NCBI GenBank assembly: GCA_031362565.1
Contig: JANLSU010000018.1
Location: forward strand, 1 to 64,000
Length of the DNA: 64,000 nt
Reading direction: 5' to 3'
Source of the DNA: a bacterium
Lineage (GTDB): Bacteria; Krumholzibacteriota; Krumholzibacteriia; G020349025
Shown here piece after piece: positions 29,815 through 38,759 of the stretch. A program made the translations under genes and the position numbers. A model generated the notes under the pieces. It saw nothing but the letters and a program-made list of their open reading frames with translations, made no database searches and was not told the DNA's origin. Every line of letters starts with the position of its first letter. The first letter of the stretch is position 1.

Positions 29815-29935
29815 GGCGTCAAGGAGAATCAGCGCATTCGTCAAAGTTGCTTGTGGTGCGGTTCAGAAATTGCGAGCTCAAAGTACGGTCGTCGACGCCG
29901 ACAGGCAGCTCGTTGCGCTCGTGGAAAGGGTCGCG

Positions 29936-30487
29936 CTAAGCGAGGGTGGCTTCGCGGACGGCTTGTGCTGGCGCCGGGCCCTGCAACGCCTCCACGAGCG
30001 TCAGCGCGAATTCCAGCGCGGTGCCGGGGCCGCGGCTGGTGATGATGTTGCCGTCACGGACGACGCGCGCCGTCGAGTACACGGCTCCCCCGGCGCGCAC
30101 TTCCGCTTCGAAGCCGGGGAAACTCGTCGCGGCGCGGTCGTCGAGCAGGCCTTGGGCGGCGAGAACGCGCGGCGCGGCGCAGATGGCGGCGAGCAGACGC
30201 CCGGCGTGCGCTTGCGATTTCAGCATCGCTCGGAGGGCGGCACTGGCGGCGAGATTCGTGGTGCCCGGCTCACCGCCGGGCAACACGATCAAATCAAACG
30301 ACGCCGACCGGACCGCATCGAGTGCGGCGTCCGCCTGCACCGTGATGCCATGCGCGCCTTCGACCGGGCCGGCGCGGTCGAGTCCGGCGACGACGACATC
30401 GATTCCGGCGCGCCGTAACACGTCGATGATCGTCACGGCTTCGATTTCCTCGAAGCCGGCCGCGAGCGGCACGAGGGCTCGAAACAC
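29936..30487 (-). CDS. DJ-1/PfpI (YajL/ThiJ-like) glyoxalase III family protein
   Basis: GFEEIEAV, LPGG.PG, AICAAP, TSRGPGTA. Confidence 0.92.
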   Translation of the reverse strand: MFRALVPLAAGFEEIEAVTIIDVLRRAGIDVVVAGLDRAGPVEGAHGITVQADAALDAVRSASFDLIVLPGGEPGTTNLAASAALRAMLKSQAHAGRLLAAICAAPRVLAAQGLLDDRAATSFPGFEAEVRAGGAVYSTARVVRDGNIITSRGPGTALEFALTLVEALQGPAPAQAVREATLA

Positions 30488-30513
30488 AGCAGACCTCCGC
30501 GTGTCGCCACGCC

Positions 30514-31527
30514 TCAGCTCTTTTTCGCCTTCGCGGCTTTGCCCGGTGCCTTCGCGGCCATCTTCGGCGGCTTGGGCGCCGCCGGAGCCGGCGGCTTGTA
30601 CCCGGGTTCCAGCTCTTCGGCTTTCCTCATGATGTTGACGAGATTGCCCTTGAAGAGCGTGAACACCACGTCCGAGCCGTCGGCCTTGGCCAGCGTCCGG
30701 TTCTCATCGACGGAGATGAAACTCACGACATGCGGCGCCCCACCGGCGTCGACCCGCAGACGGAAGTCGGGCGCCGACCAATCTTTGCCGGCCGTCTCTT
30801 CCGGCGTCGCGAACTCGACCGTATTGAGACGCGCCACGTTACTCGCAACGCGGGCCGCCGCCGTCGAATCCGCCCGTGCCGCCGGATGCGCCCCCGACTG
30901 CAGGTTCCAGTGCGTGCTGTCGGCGCGTGCCAGCGTCACCACGACCGGCGGCTTGTCCTTCGGATATTCGAGGACGATCTTTTGGATCTGCTTCTCCTCG
31001 AGCTTGAGGATCGACTTGTCACGCCAGTCTTTCGCCGCGTGGTTGAAGTTGTATGAAATCACGCCGCCGGCGCGGTAGACCTCGTCCCGGTCGGCGTAGC
31101 GCAGGTACGTGTGCGTGTAGTCCGTGCTCGCCTTGCCGATGATGGCCGAAAGCGCCAGCTTGTCTCCGGTCCAGATCTTGACCGCGGTGCCGGTGGAATC
31201 CACCTCATACGTCGTCCGGTTGGCAGGATTGCTGGAAATTACGTCCTCGAGCTTAAGCTCCTCGACCGATTTCAACATCCCCTTGATCATGTCGGTATTG
31301 GCCGGATACTCGAGCGGCTTCGTGAGCTTCCACTCTTCACCGGTGCGCACCAGCTCGACGTCGCCGTCCTTGCCGTGGATCTCGACCTTGGTGACCTTGT
31401 CCGCTTCGATCTTGACGGTCTGTGCGGGGCCGGCGGCCACGATTTTCTTGTGCTGCTGGCGCTGCAGGAACATGAATCCGAGCAGCACCACAAACACGAC
31501 GATCAAACTCTGCATTCGTCTTGTCAT
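30514..31527 (-). CDS. DUF4340-like protein of the Gld-type ABC operon
   Basis: N-terminal TM, W.L.KP..YPA, WRDK; typical position after GldG-like gene. Confidence 0.75.
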   Translation of the reverse strand: MTRRMQSLIVVFVVLLGFMFLQRQQHKKIVAAGPAQTVKIEADKVTKVEIHGKDGDVELVRTGEEWKLTKPLEYPANTDMIKGMLKSVEELKLEDVISSNPANRTTYEVDSTGTAVKIWTGDKLALSAIIGKASTDYTHTYLRYADRDEVYRAGGVISYNFNHAAKDWRDKSILKLEEKQIQKIVLEYPKDKPPVVVTLARADSTHWNLQSGAHPAARADSTAAARVASNVARLNTVEFATPEETAGKDWSAPDFRLRVDAGGAPHVVSFISVDENRTLAKADGSDVVFTLFKGNLVNIMRKAEELEPGYKPPAPAAPKPPKMAAKAPGKAAKAKKS

Positions 31528-31542
31528 GTGTTCCGCCTCCCC

Positions 31543-33144
31543 TCACAGATCAATCTTGCGCCGGCGGCGCATTTGACGCATGCCGAGGCCCAGAAGCACG
31601 ACGAGCAGCGGCGTGCCGAGCATGTTGGCGTATTTCACGAGCCGCTTCGTAGGCGGCGTCGTTTGCCGTAGCGGGCGTTCCGCGGCGCCATGCGACCGGA
31701 TCGCGATGAGCGCCTCGTCTTGCGCCAGCCAATCGACCATGTTCTGAAAGAAGAGCAGGTTGGCTTGGTCGCCGCCGCCCTTCTGATCGACGAAGAACTC
31801 GCCGTCGCCGATGACCAGGATGCGGCTGTCCGGCGATTGGTCTTGGCGGCCGGCATCGCTGGTCGCCATCGCGACCGCTCCCGAATCGCCCTCCGCCGGC
31901 ACCGGCTGGCCCTTGAACGCACTCGTGAACTTGCCCGAAATGATCGCCGCGACCACCTGCTGGCCCTTGTCGAACTGCTCGATTTGCCACTTCTGCACCG
32001 GATTGATGTCGAAGGTGCGTTCCTGCAAGAGCGTCTTGGGCGAGGTCATAATCAAGGCTTCCGCCTTGAGACCCTTGGCCTTCGCATCACTCGTATCGAC
32101 CGTGCTCGCGAAGTACGGGCTGAAGCGCTGCAAGCCCTTCACCATGACGTTGGTGCGGTTGAAGTCGCGCAGTTGCGGGATGAACGGGAACGGCACCTGC
32201 GTCATCATCCGGAACTGGCCCTCTTGCTGGGTCACGGTCACGGCGCCGGCGTTGTCATGATCGGCTATCAGGTTGTCGCCGATCTTGAAGCCGTAGGCCC
32301 GGGTCCAATCGTCGATCGTCAGGTGCACCGCCTGCGCCTGGCCGTACTGCAGATTGACGTCGACCTTGTCCACCAGGAACGCGACCTTGCCGCCCCTCAT
32401 GATGTACTGGTCGATGGCGTAGCGCTCCCAGGGTCCGATGTCGCTCCGCGGCGAGGCGATCAAGAGCGCCTGGATGTTGTCCGGTACCCGCTTACCGCCG
32501 GCCAGCGTGACGCTCTCCATGCGATACAGCTTCGCGAACACCTGATTGACGGTTTGCAGTTGCTCCATGCCGGGCTCACCGTGGCCGGCCAGAATGCCGA
32601 TGCTCGGCAAGTCCTGCTTGCCGCTCGTCAAGCGCTTGATGGCAGACGTGATGTCGTATTCGAGCCCCACCGGGTTGTCGACTACCGGCAGCACTTCTTG
32701 CCGATCCTTGTACAGAGCCACGAGACCCATATAGACCTTCTTGGCCTGATACTGGTCTTGGTTGATGACCTGCACTTGAACCGGTGGAATCCGGTACTTC
32801 TGACACTCTTCCTCGAGCTTGGCATCGTCGCCCGGATCCACGAAGGTGAACTTGACGTGGCCCTTGCTGTAGGCCCGGTATTCTTGCAGCTGATCCTGCA
32901 CGTAGCGCGCGTTGGAGTTGTACGGCGGCGGCAGGTTCTTGCTGAAGTAGGCCTTGACCAGCAGATCGTCCTCGAGACCGGCGACGATCTTCTTGCTGGC
33001 GTCGTTCAGGCTGTAGATCTTGCCACTCGTGAGATCGGCCCGGCCGAACAGGTTCATGGACACGATGTTCGCCACAATGACGATACCGACCAAGAGCGCC
33101 GTAGTGGTGAGGCCGTAGACGGCCATCTTCTGTTTGGTTTGCAT
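31543..33144 (-). CDS. GldG-like ABC transporter auxiliary component
   Basis: DLT..KIYSL, FVDP, LEYDITSAI, GHGE, IDQYIMRGG, N.VDWL; C-terminal TM. Confidence 0.85.
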   Translation of the reverse strand: MQTKQKMAVYGLTTTALLVGIVIVANIVSMNLFGRADLTSGKIYSLNDASKKIVAGLEDDLLVKAYFSKNLPPPYNSNARYVQDQLQEYRAYSKGHVKFTFVDPGDDAKLEEECQKYRIPPVQVQVINQDQYQAKKVYMGLVALYKDRQEVLPVVDNPVGLEYDITSAIKRLTSGKQDLPSIGILAGHGEPGMEQLQTVNQVFAKLYRMESVTLAGGKRVPDNIQALLIASPRSDIGPWERYAIDQYIMRGGKVAFLVDKVDVNLQYGQAQAVHLTIDDWTRAYGFKIGDNLIADHDNAGAVTVTQQEGQFRMMTQVPFPFIPQLRDFNRTNVMVKGLQRFSPYFASTVDTSDAKAKGLKAEALIMTSPKTLLQERTFDINPVQKWQIEQFDKGQQVVAAIISGKFTSAFKGQPVPAEGDSGAVAMATSDAGRQDQSPDSRILVIGDGEFFVDQKGGGDQANLLFFQNMVDWLAQDEALIAIRSHGAAERPLRQTTPPTKRLVKYANMLGTPLLVVLLGLGMRQMRRRRKIDL

Positions 33145-33155
33145 GTGCCGCCTCC

Positions 33156-33866
33156 TCAAATCCGCCGCTGCAGCGCGCGCGCAGCGAGGTACAGGCTCAG
33201 AACCACGATACTCGCGTAGTAGACCAAATCCCGCGTGTCGAGCACGCCGCGCGAGATGTTCGTGAAGTGATACGTGGCGCTCAGGTATTCGAACACGCTG
33301 GCGAATGCCGCCGGCACGTGCGGCAACACCACGTCGACGAACGACAGGATGAACAGCATGAGGAAGCTGACGATGAAGGCAACGACTTGGTTCTCGGTCA
33401 GGCTTGAAGCCAGCACGCCGATCGCCACCTGCCCGGCGCCGAGGAGCACCAGGCCGACATACCCTGCGAACATCACGCCGACATCGGCGTCACCAAGTGA
33501 CTTCACCGTGATTGCGTAAGTCAGCGTGAAAAAGAACGCCGTCACGAGCAGGGTCAAAGCCGCCAGATACTTGCCGAGCACGATCTCGATGTCCTCGATC
33601 GGCATGGTAGCCAGCAGTTCGAAGGTGCCGGACTTCCGTTCCTCCGACAAGAGGCCCATGGTGATCGCCGGAACAAAGAGGGTGAGCAGAAACAGAACGG
33701 TCGGAAACACACTGCGCAGGCTCGCTTCGCCCTCGACGAACAGCCGGGCGGAGAAGAACCAACCGCAAATCAGCAGGAACACCGTCAGCACGATGTACGC
33801 CACCGGTGAAGTGAAGTAGCCGCGTAGCTCTTTCTTATAGATCGGCAGCACGTTACTAAAGGTCAT
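33156..33866 (-). CDS. GldF-like ABC-2 permease
   Basis: KKEL..YF.SP.AY, PAITM, EERKSGT.ELL, LGKY, RG.LD.RD..YY. Confidence 0.88.
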   Translation of the reverse strand: MTFSNVLPIYKKELRGYFTSPVAYIVLTVFLLICGWFFSARLFVEGEASLRSVFPTVLFLLTLFVPAITMGLLSEERKSGTFELLATMPIEDIEIVLGKYLAALTLLVTAFFFTLTYAITVKSLGDADVGVMFAGYVGLVLLGAGQVAIGVLASSLTENQVVAFIVSFLMLFILSFVDVVLPHVPAAFASVFEYLSATYHFTNISRGVLDTRDLVYYASIVVLSLYLAARALQRRI

Positions 33867-33927
33867 GCCGTCCAACCCACCTCCATGAAAAGGGCGCGGG
33901 AAAGGGCCCAGCGCCGGATGCCCCGAC

Positions 33928-34860
33928 TCACGCCGCACTCGTCGTGAGTTCGCGGAAGACGTCTTCGAAACTCACCGATTCGCGGCGCATCTCGAGCAGT
34001 ACCCAGTGGTTCTGGACTGCAGCCGCGAAGATCTGCTCGCGCACGTCTTTGCCGCGCGGAGCCTCGATCGACAATTTGAAAACCGCCTCGTTCTTGGTGA
34101 CGACTTGCACCGATTCGACGCCGGGAATCGCCCGCAACGCGGCGACCGGGTCGCTCGTCGCACGCAACTCGACTTGGACGCGGTCCTTGCCGGACAGGCC
34201 GTACTGCAGATCCTGCTTCGAACCGTCGAAAACCTTCTGGCCGCTGCTGATGATCACCACGCGGTCGCACATGGCTTCGACTTCGGACAAGATGTGGGTC
34301 GAGAAGACGACGGTCTTCTCGCGGCCCAGCTCGCGAATCAGGCTGCGGATCTCGACGATCTGATTCGGGTCGAGGCCGCGTGTCGGCTCGTCGAGGACCA
34401 AAATCTGCGGATCGTGCAGAATCGCCTGCGCGAGGCCCGTGCGCTGGCGATAGCCGCTCGAAAGTTGCCCGACGTTCTTCTGCAGGACGTCGCCCAGCGA
34501 GCAGACGTCGATGGCGCGGCGCACCTTGCGCTTGCGCTCCGCCGACGGCACCCGGCGCATTTCGGCGACGAACATCAGATAGTCGACGACATTCATATCG
34601 TTGTAGGTCGGGGCGCTTTCGGGCAGGTAGCCGATTTGGCGCCGCACCTCGAGCGAGTGCGTTTGGACGTCCTTGCCGTCGATTTCGACGCGGCCCGATG
34701 TCGGCTGCAAGAAACACGTGATGATGCGCATCGTGGTGGTCTTACCGGCGCCGTTCGGACCGAGGAATCCGAGAATCTCGCCGCCCTTGATGTCGAACGA
34801 CACGTTATTGACGGCGAGCGTGGTGCCGAAACGTTTGGACAGGTCTCGAACTTCGATCAT
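33928..34860 (-). CDS. GldA-like ABC ATP-binding protein
   Basis: GPNGAGKTT, LSSGYRQR, LDEPT, STHILSEV. Confidence 0.92.
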   Translation of the reverse strand: MIEVRDLSKRFGTTLAVNNVSFDIKGGEILGFLGPNGAGKTTTMRIITCFLQPTSGRVEIDGKDVQTHSLEVRRQIGYLPESAPTYNDMNVVDYLMFVAEMRRVPSAERKRKVRRAIDVCSLGDVLQKNVGQLSSGYRQRTGLAQAILHDPQILVLDEPTRGLDPNQIVEIRSLIRELGREKTVVFSTHILSEVEAMCDRVVIISSGQKVFDGSKQDLQYGLSGKDRVQVELRATSDPVAALRAIPGVESVQVVTKNEAVFKLSIEAPRGKDVREQIFAAAVQNHWVLLEMRRESVSFEDVFRELTTSAA

Positions 34861-35128
34861 GCGTCTGTCTCCCTTGGGGGCCCTGAGGACCGCGAACCCA
34901 TCGGGGCCGCAGCAAGTTCCAAGCGGCAACTCGCGATCAGCTCTATTGGGAATCGCGCCCCGGCACGGGCGCCGGGGGACTCTAGGACAAGCGCTGGCGC
35001 CGGGCAAGCCCGCCGTGCATCGCGTCTGGATTCGGGGCCCGCCACGCCCCGCGTGGCTCCCGACGCTCCTGACTGTTTCTCGTTTACCGACAAAGAGTTG
35101 CGCCGACGGGCTAGGGCCGCAACGAACG

Positions 35129-35158
35129 TTGACACGTTCCGACGGCGCTCCTTAGAGT
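35129..35158 (+). promoter_or_regulatory. Candidate sigma70 promoter for the HD-GYP gene
   Basis: TTGACA-N18-TAGAGT; the -35 is centred in the inverted repeat GAACGT-TGAC-ACGTTC (35124-35139). Confidence 0.5.
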
Positions 35159-35206
35159 GCGCGGCACGCGGCGCCGGCGCGCCGCACTGTGAAGGGTGGG
35201 GACGAC

Positions 35207-36217
35207 GTGGAGCACCGGGCGCAGCTGGCATCGACGCAGGTTCGGCTTTCGATCGGATCACTCACGGCCGCGGCTGTGGTTCTCGTCCCCGGGGTCGTGC
35301 TGGTCGGCTTCGCCGCCGCCGGCGCCTGGCAGATGGGGCTCGTCCCGACCGCCATCGTGCTCGTGACGCTGTGGCTCTTGCACGCCCAAGTCGGCGCGCT
35401 CTCGGCCTCCGCCCGCGATTCCCAGCGCGTCTTGAGCGACGTCTCGCCGCGCGCCAAGACACTGCGCGATGAAGTCGACACCTTGCACAAGCGGGTCGAA
35501 GGCCATCAGCTGGAGTTGCAGCATGCCCGCGAGACGACGGCCTTCGCGCTCACGAAACTCGTGGAGGCGCGCGATCCGTCGACCGGCGTCCACCTGGAGC
35601 GAGTCCGTGCCTACGCCCGGCTCCTCGCCACCCACTTGGGGGAAACCACTCGCTACCGGGATTACATCGACGCGCACTTCATTCACACGCTCTATGTCGC
35701 GAGTCCGCTGCACGACATCGGCAAGGTCGGCATCGCCGACATGATTCTTCTCAAGCCGGCGCGTCTGACGCCGGAGGAAACAGCACTCATGCGCCGCCAC
35801 GCCACCCTGGGTGGCCGGGCGCTCCGCGCCATCGCACGCCGCGACGGCCAGAATCCGTTCGTGGAGACGGCCTACGATGTGGCCATGTACCACCACGAGA
35901 AGTGGGACGGCAGCGGCTATCCCTTCGGCCTGTCGGGGCATCACATTCCGCTCACGGCGCGCATCGTGGCGCTCGCCGACGTCTACGACGCACTCACGTC
36001 GCAACGCTGCTACAAGCCGGCCTTCTCGCATGCCGATGCCCGGGCCTTCGTGATCGAGGAATCCGGCAAGCACTTCGATCCGGAAGTGGTCGAAGCCTTC
36101 ATGGCGCGCGAATTGGATTTCGTGCGGATTCGCGAGGCGTTGACCGGGGATCACGCGATTCAGAGCGAGGATTTGCCGGAACTCGGCCGTTCGCGTCGGC
36201 TGCGTGGCGCGGCCTGA
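35207..36217 (+). CDS. Membrane-anchored HD-GYP c-di-GMP phosphodiesterase
   Basis: Two N-terminal hydrophobic segments; LHDIGK, HHEKWDGSGYP, ADVYDAL. Start uncertain (35189 or 35207). Confidence 0.88.
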   Translation: MEHRAQLASTQVRLSIGSLTAAAVVLVPGVVLVGFAAAGAWQMGLVPTAIVLVTLWLLHAQVGALSASARDSQRVLSDVSPRAKTLRDEVDTLHKRVEGHQLELQHARETTAFALTKLVEARDPSTGVHLERVRAYARLLATHLGETTRYRDYIDAHFIHTLYVASPLHDIGKVGIADMILLKPARLTPEETALMRRHATLGGRALRAIARRDGQNPFVETAYDVAMYHHEKWDGSGYPFGLSGHHIPLTARIVALADVYDALTSQRCYKPAFSHADARAFVIEESGKHFDPEVVEAFMARELDFVRIREALTGDHAIQSEDLPELGRSRRLRGAA

Positions 36218-36232
36218 AGCCGTCGTCGAACC

Positions 36233-36517
36233 TCAACCGCGAATCGGCAGCCTCTTCTCCCAGCGCAGAACTTCGGGCAGCGAGTGCACGTGCGTGCCGT
36301 CGTGTGCTTCGGTCTGACACGCGTAGTTGTGATCGCGAACACCGTTGTAGGTAAAGTCGAGGATGCACTGCTGGCACTTGGCATTCCAGCAGAAGCGCGC
36401 AAAGCCGTACCCCGGCAACCCGCGTGCTACGCCGTATTGTTGCAACGTGCGCAGGATCGAGTCCCCCGGCTGTACTTCGATGACATCGTCCAGGATGTGG
36501 ACCCGAATGCTGCCCAC
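36233..36517 (-). CDS. Small 2Fe-2S ferredoxin-like protein
   Basis: FCWNAKCQQC...ACQT; GGAGG before GTG 36517. Confidence 0.7.
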   Translation of the reverse strand: MGSIRVHILDDVIEVQPGDSILRTLQQYGVARGLPGYGFARFCWNAKCQQCILDFTYNGVRDHNYACQTEAHDGTHVHSLPEVLRWEKRLPIRG

Positions 36518-36648
36518 GCCAACGCCTCCGTTGCAACCAAGGTCGCAAAGGAGGCGAGCAATGAGCCTGCCAGGTGCGGCGCCAGTCTGGATGGTGCGAA
36601 ACAACGCGGCCGGCGGGGAAACAGCGCGACGGCCTACGGCACCGCTCG

Positions 36649-37482
36649 CTATGCCGAGGCGAATTCCACCGTCACCGGACCCGGTACGATCCCCGCCGCG
36701 ACGCCACGCGCCAGGAACTCGCGGATGCCGGCCCGCCCGCGCTCACCGAGGTCCTCGGTCAGGTCGTTGACGTACATGCCGATGAATCGATCGGCGAGGT
36801 TGGTGTCGAGTCCGCGGCCCCAACGCATGGCATGCTGCACGGCCGGGGCGCGATGCTCGAGCGCGTAGCGAATGCTGGCCCCCAACACCCGCACGCACCC
36901 CTGAATGATCTGTGGCGGCAGGTCGCGGCGCACCGCGTTGACGCCCAAAGGCAGTGGCAAGCCCTTGGTTTCGTCGCGCCACCACTCGCCCAAGTCGAGC
37001 ACCTTGTGGAAGCCAGCCTCGGAGTAGGTCAACTGGCCCTCGTGAATGAGCAAGCCCGCATCGCTCTCGCCCGAACGCACATGCTCCATGATGCGATCGA
37101 ACGGCACCACGACATGCTCGAACTCGCCGAGCGCGAGACGCGCCGCGAGATACGCCGAAGTGCGGAGGCCGGGCACGGCGATGCGGCTCTTGCGGAGCGC
37201 GTCGATGCCCATCGGCCGGCGCGCGACAAACAGCGGTCCGTAGCCATCGCCCATGCTGGCCCCATGTGGCAGCAAGATATAACGGTCGTGCAGATAGGCG
37301 TAGGCGTGCACCGACAATGCCGTGATGTCGATTTCGCTCCGCTCGGCGCGCTGATTCAGCGTCTCGATATCTTGCAGAATATGTTCAAACTCGAGCCCCT
37401 CGGCATCGATCTTGTGAGCCGCGAGCGCGTAGAACATGAAGGCGTCGTCCGGATCCGGGCTATGCCCGAGCGTGAGGCGCAC
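36649..37482 (-). CDS. mqnD: MqnA/MqnD family, 1,4-dihydroxy-6-naphthoate synthase-like (futalosine menaquinone pathway)
   Basis: HSPDPDDAFMF, GYGP, LIHEG, DLGEWW, LPLPLG, YVN. Confidence 0.8.
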   Translation of the reverse strand: MRLTLGHSPDPDDAFMFYALAAHKIDAEGLEFEHILQDIETLNQRAERSEIDITALSVHAYAYLHDRYILLPHGASMGDGYGPLFVARRPMGIDALRKSRIAVPGLRTSAYLAARLALGEFEHVVVPFDRIMEHVRSGESDAGLLIHEGQLTYSEAGFHKVLDLGEWWRDETKGLPLPLGVNAVRRDLPPQIIQGCVRVLGASIRYALEHRAPAVQHAMRWGRGLDTNLADRFIGMYVNDLTEDLGERGRAGIREFLARGVAAGIVPGPVTVEFASA

Positions 37483-37586
37483 GCGGCGCTCCCTTCAGCG
37501 ATATACGAGTGTGTTCCGGAGCGGCCGTTGCCGCTGTCCGATCGACCGCCGGGGAGCATAGCAGAAGCCGCAACCGGCGGGCGCCG

Positions 37587-38759
37587 TCATCCAGGCGAGA
37601 GTTGCAGCCCGTTATAAGCGTGGCAAACACCGGTCGTTGCGCTGTCATAAAGGATGGCGTTGTTCTTGAAACGCTCGAAGGGCAAGTCACTGCCCGCGAC
37701 GAGCGTGGCGCACAGGCGCTCGCGCGCCGCGTCGATGGCGCGCCGGTCGGCGGCCGAAAAGACGTAGATCCGGCTCCGGTCGACGACCCCGAAGACTTCC
37801 AGCAGGTGGCCGCGCAACTTGACGCGCGCATCGTAGGCCACGGCGCGTGCCGCATCGGCGCCTGCCAGTTTGACATTCAGTTTTTCCACCGCGTCGATGA
37901 CGTGTTCATCGTACGACAGGCGGCGAATCGCGGTCCGCATGTGCAGGGCGAATTGCTTTTTCCGGGCCGGTGTTCCCCAGCCGTGCGCCATCGCTACGGC
38001 GAGCGCATACAGCATGTGCAAACCACCGCAGACCCGGGCGTAGACCGGGCAATTGCGTGGCGGATCCAGGCTTTGCAGATCCACACGGCGGATGAGTTCG
38101 GTATCCTGCTCGAGAGCCGCCGACGTGTCGTCGATCATCTGTCCCAAGTCGACTTGCTGGCCCGAGATGTTGGACCAGGTGCCATGACCCGCCGGCAACA
38201 CTTGCGCCATGGCGATGATCGTCCACGAGTGCTCGTCGATGGGCAGCAGGCCGGGATAGTTCACCAGCAAACGCGCGCTCTCGATCAAGTCGCGAAAATG
38301 GTACGTGCGGCCTTGGACCGTGAACTCGAGATCGGGTTCGCACTGTTTCTCGATGAGTGTCTTGAGCATGGCATTGGGATGGCCTTCGAACCGCACCGGC
38401 ACTTCGAGCAGCGGCCGCTGCCCGACTGCTTTTTCGACCGTGAAGGCTTCCAGCAACACGCGGTATGGATCGCCGGATCCGAGCGGCGTCTCGCGCCCGA
38501 GGGCGCGAACCGAGTGGATGGCGCCATTTGGGAAATCGAGCTGGGCGCAGTACTGAATGATCTGGCGGCGGGCGACATCGAGGCCCGCGGTGCAGGCCGC
38601 CGATCGCGCCGCACGCCGGCGCCCGAGCACCCGTCGCGCTGTAGGTGTGCCGGCATCCGCAATGGCGCTCGAGATCCAGGCCGGCGCCAACGCCATGCCG
38701 GCGATCGCGCCGGCCAAAAAACGCCGCCGATCGATCGACGCCGGGCCGTCCCGCTTCAC
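37587..38759 (-). CDS. Hypothetical Tat-exported protein
   Basis: DRRRFL plus hydrophobic stretch; EGHPN, EHSWT, CGGLH, GHLLE; GTGA overlap with ileS stop. Confidence 0.7.
   Translation of the reverse strand: MKRDGPASIDRRRFLAGAIAGMALAPAWISSAIADAGTPTARRVLGRRRAARSAACTAGLDVARRQIIQYCAQLDFPNGAIHSVRALGRETPLGSGDPYRVLLEAFTVEKAVGQRPLLEVPVRFEGHPNAMLKTLIEKQCEPDLEFTVQGRTYHFRDLIESARLLVNYPGLLPIDEHSWTIIAMAQVLPAGHGTWSNISGQQVDLGQMIDDTSAALEQDTELIRRVDLQSLDPPRNCPVYARVCGGLHMLYALAVAMAHGWGTPARKKQFALHMRTAIRRLSYDEHVIDAVEKLNVKLAGADAARAVAYDARVKLRGHLLEVFGVVDRSRIYVFSAADRRAIDAARERLCATLVAGSDLPFERFKNNAILYDSATTGVCHAYNGLQLSPG

Noticed and set aside
19516..29935. Integron cassette array, IS or prophage
   Set aside because: No integrase, transposase, attC-like RYYYAAC...GTTRRRY sites or terminal inverted repeats recognised.
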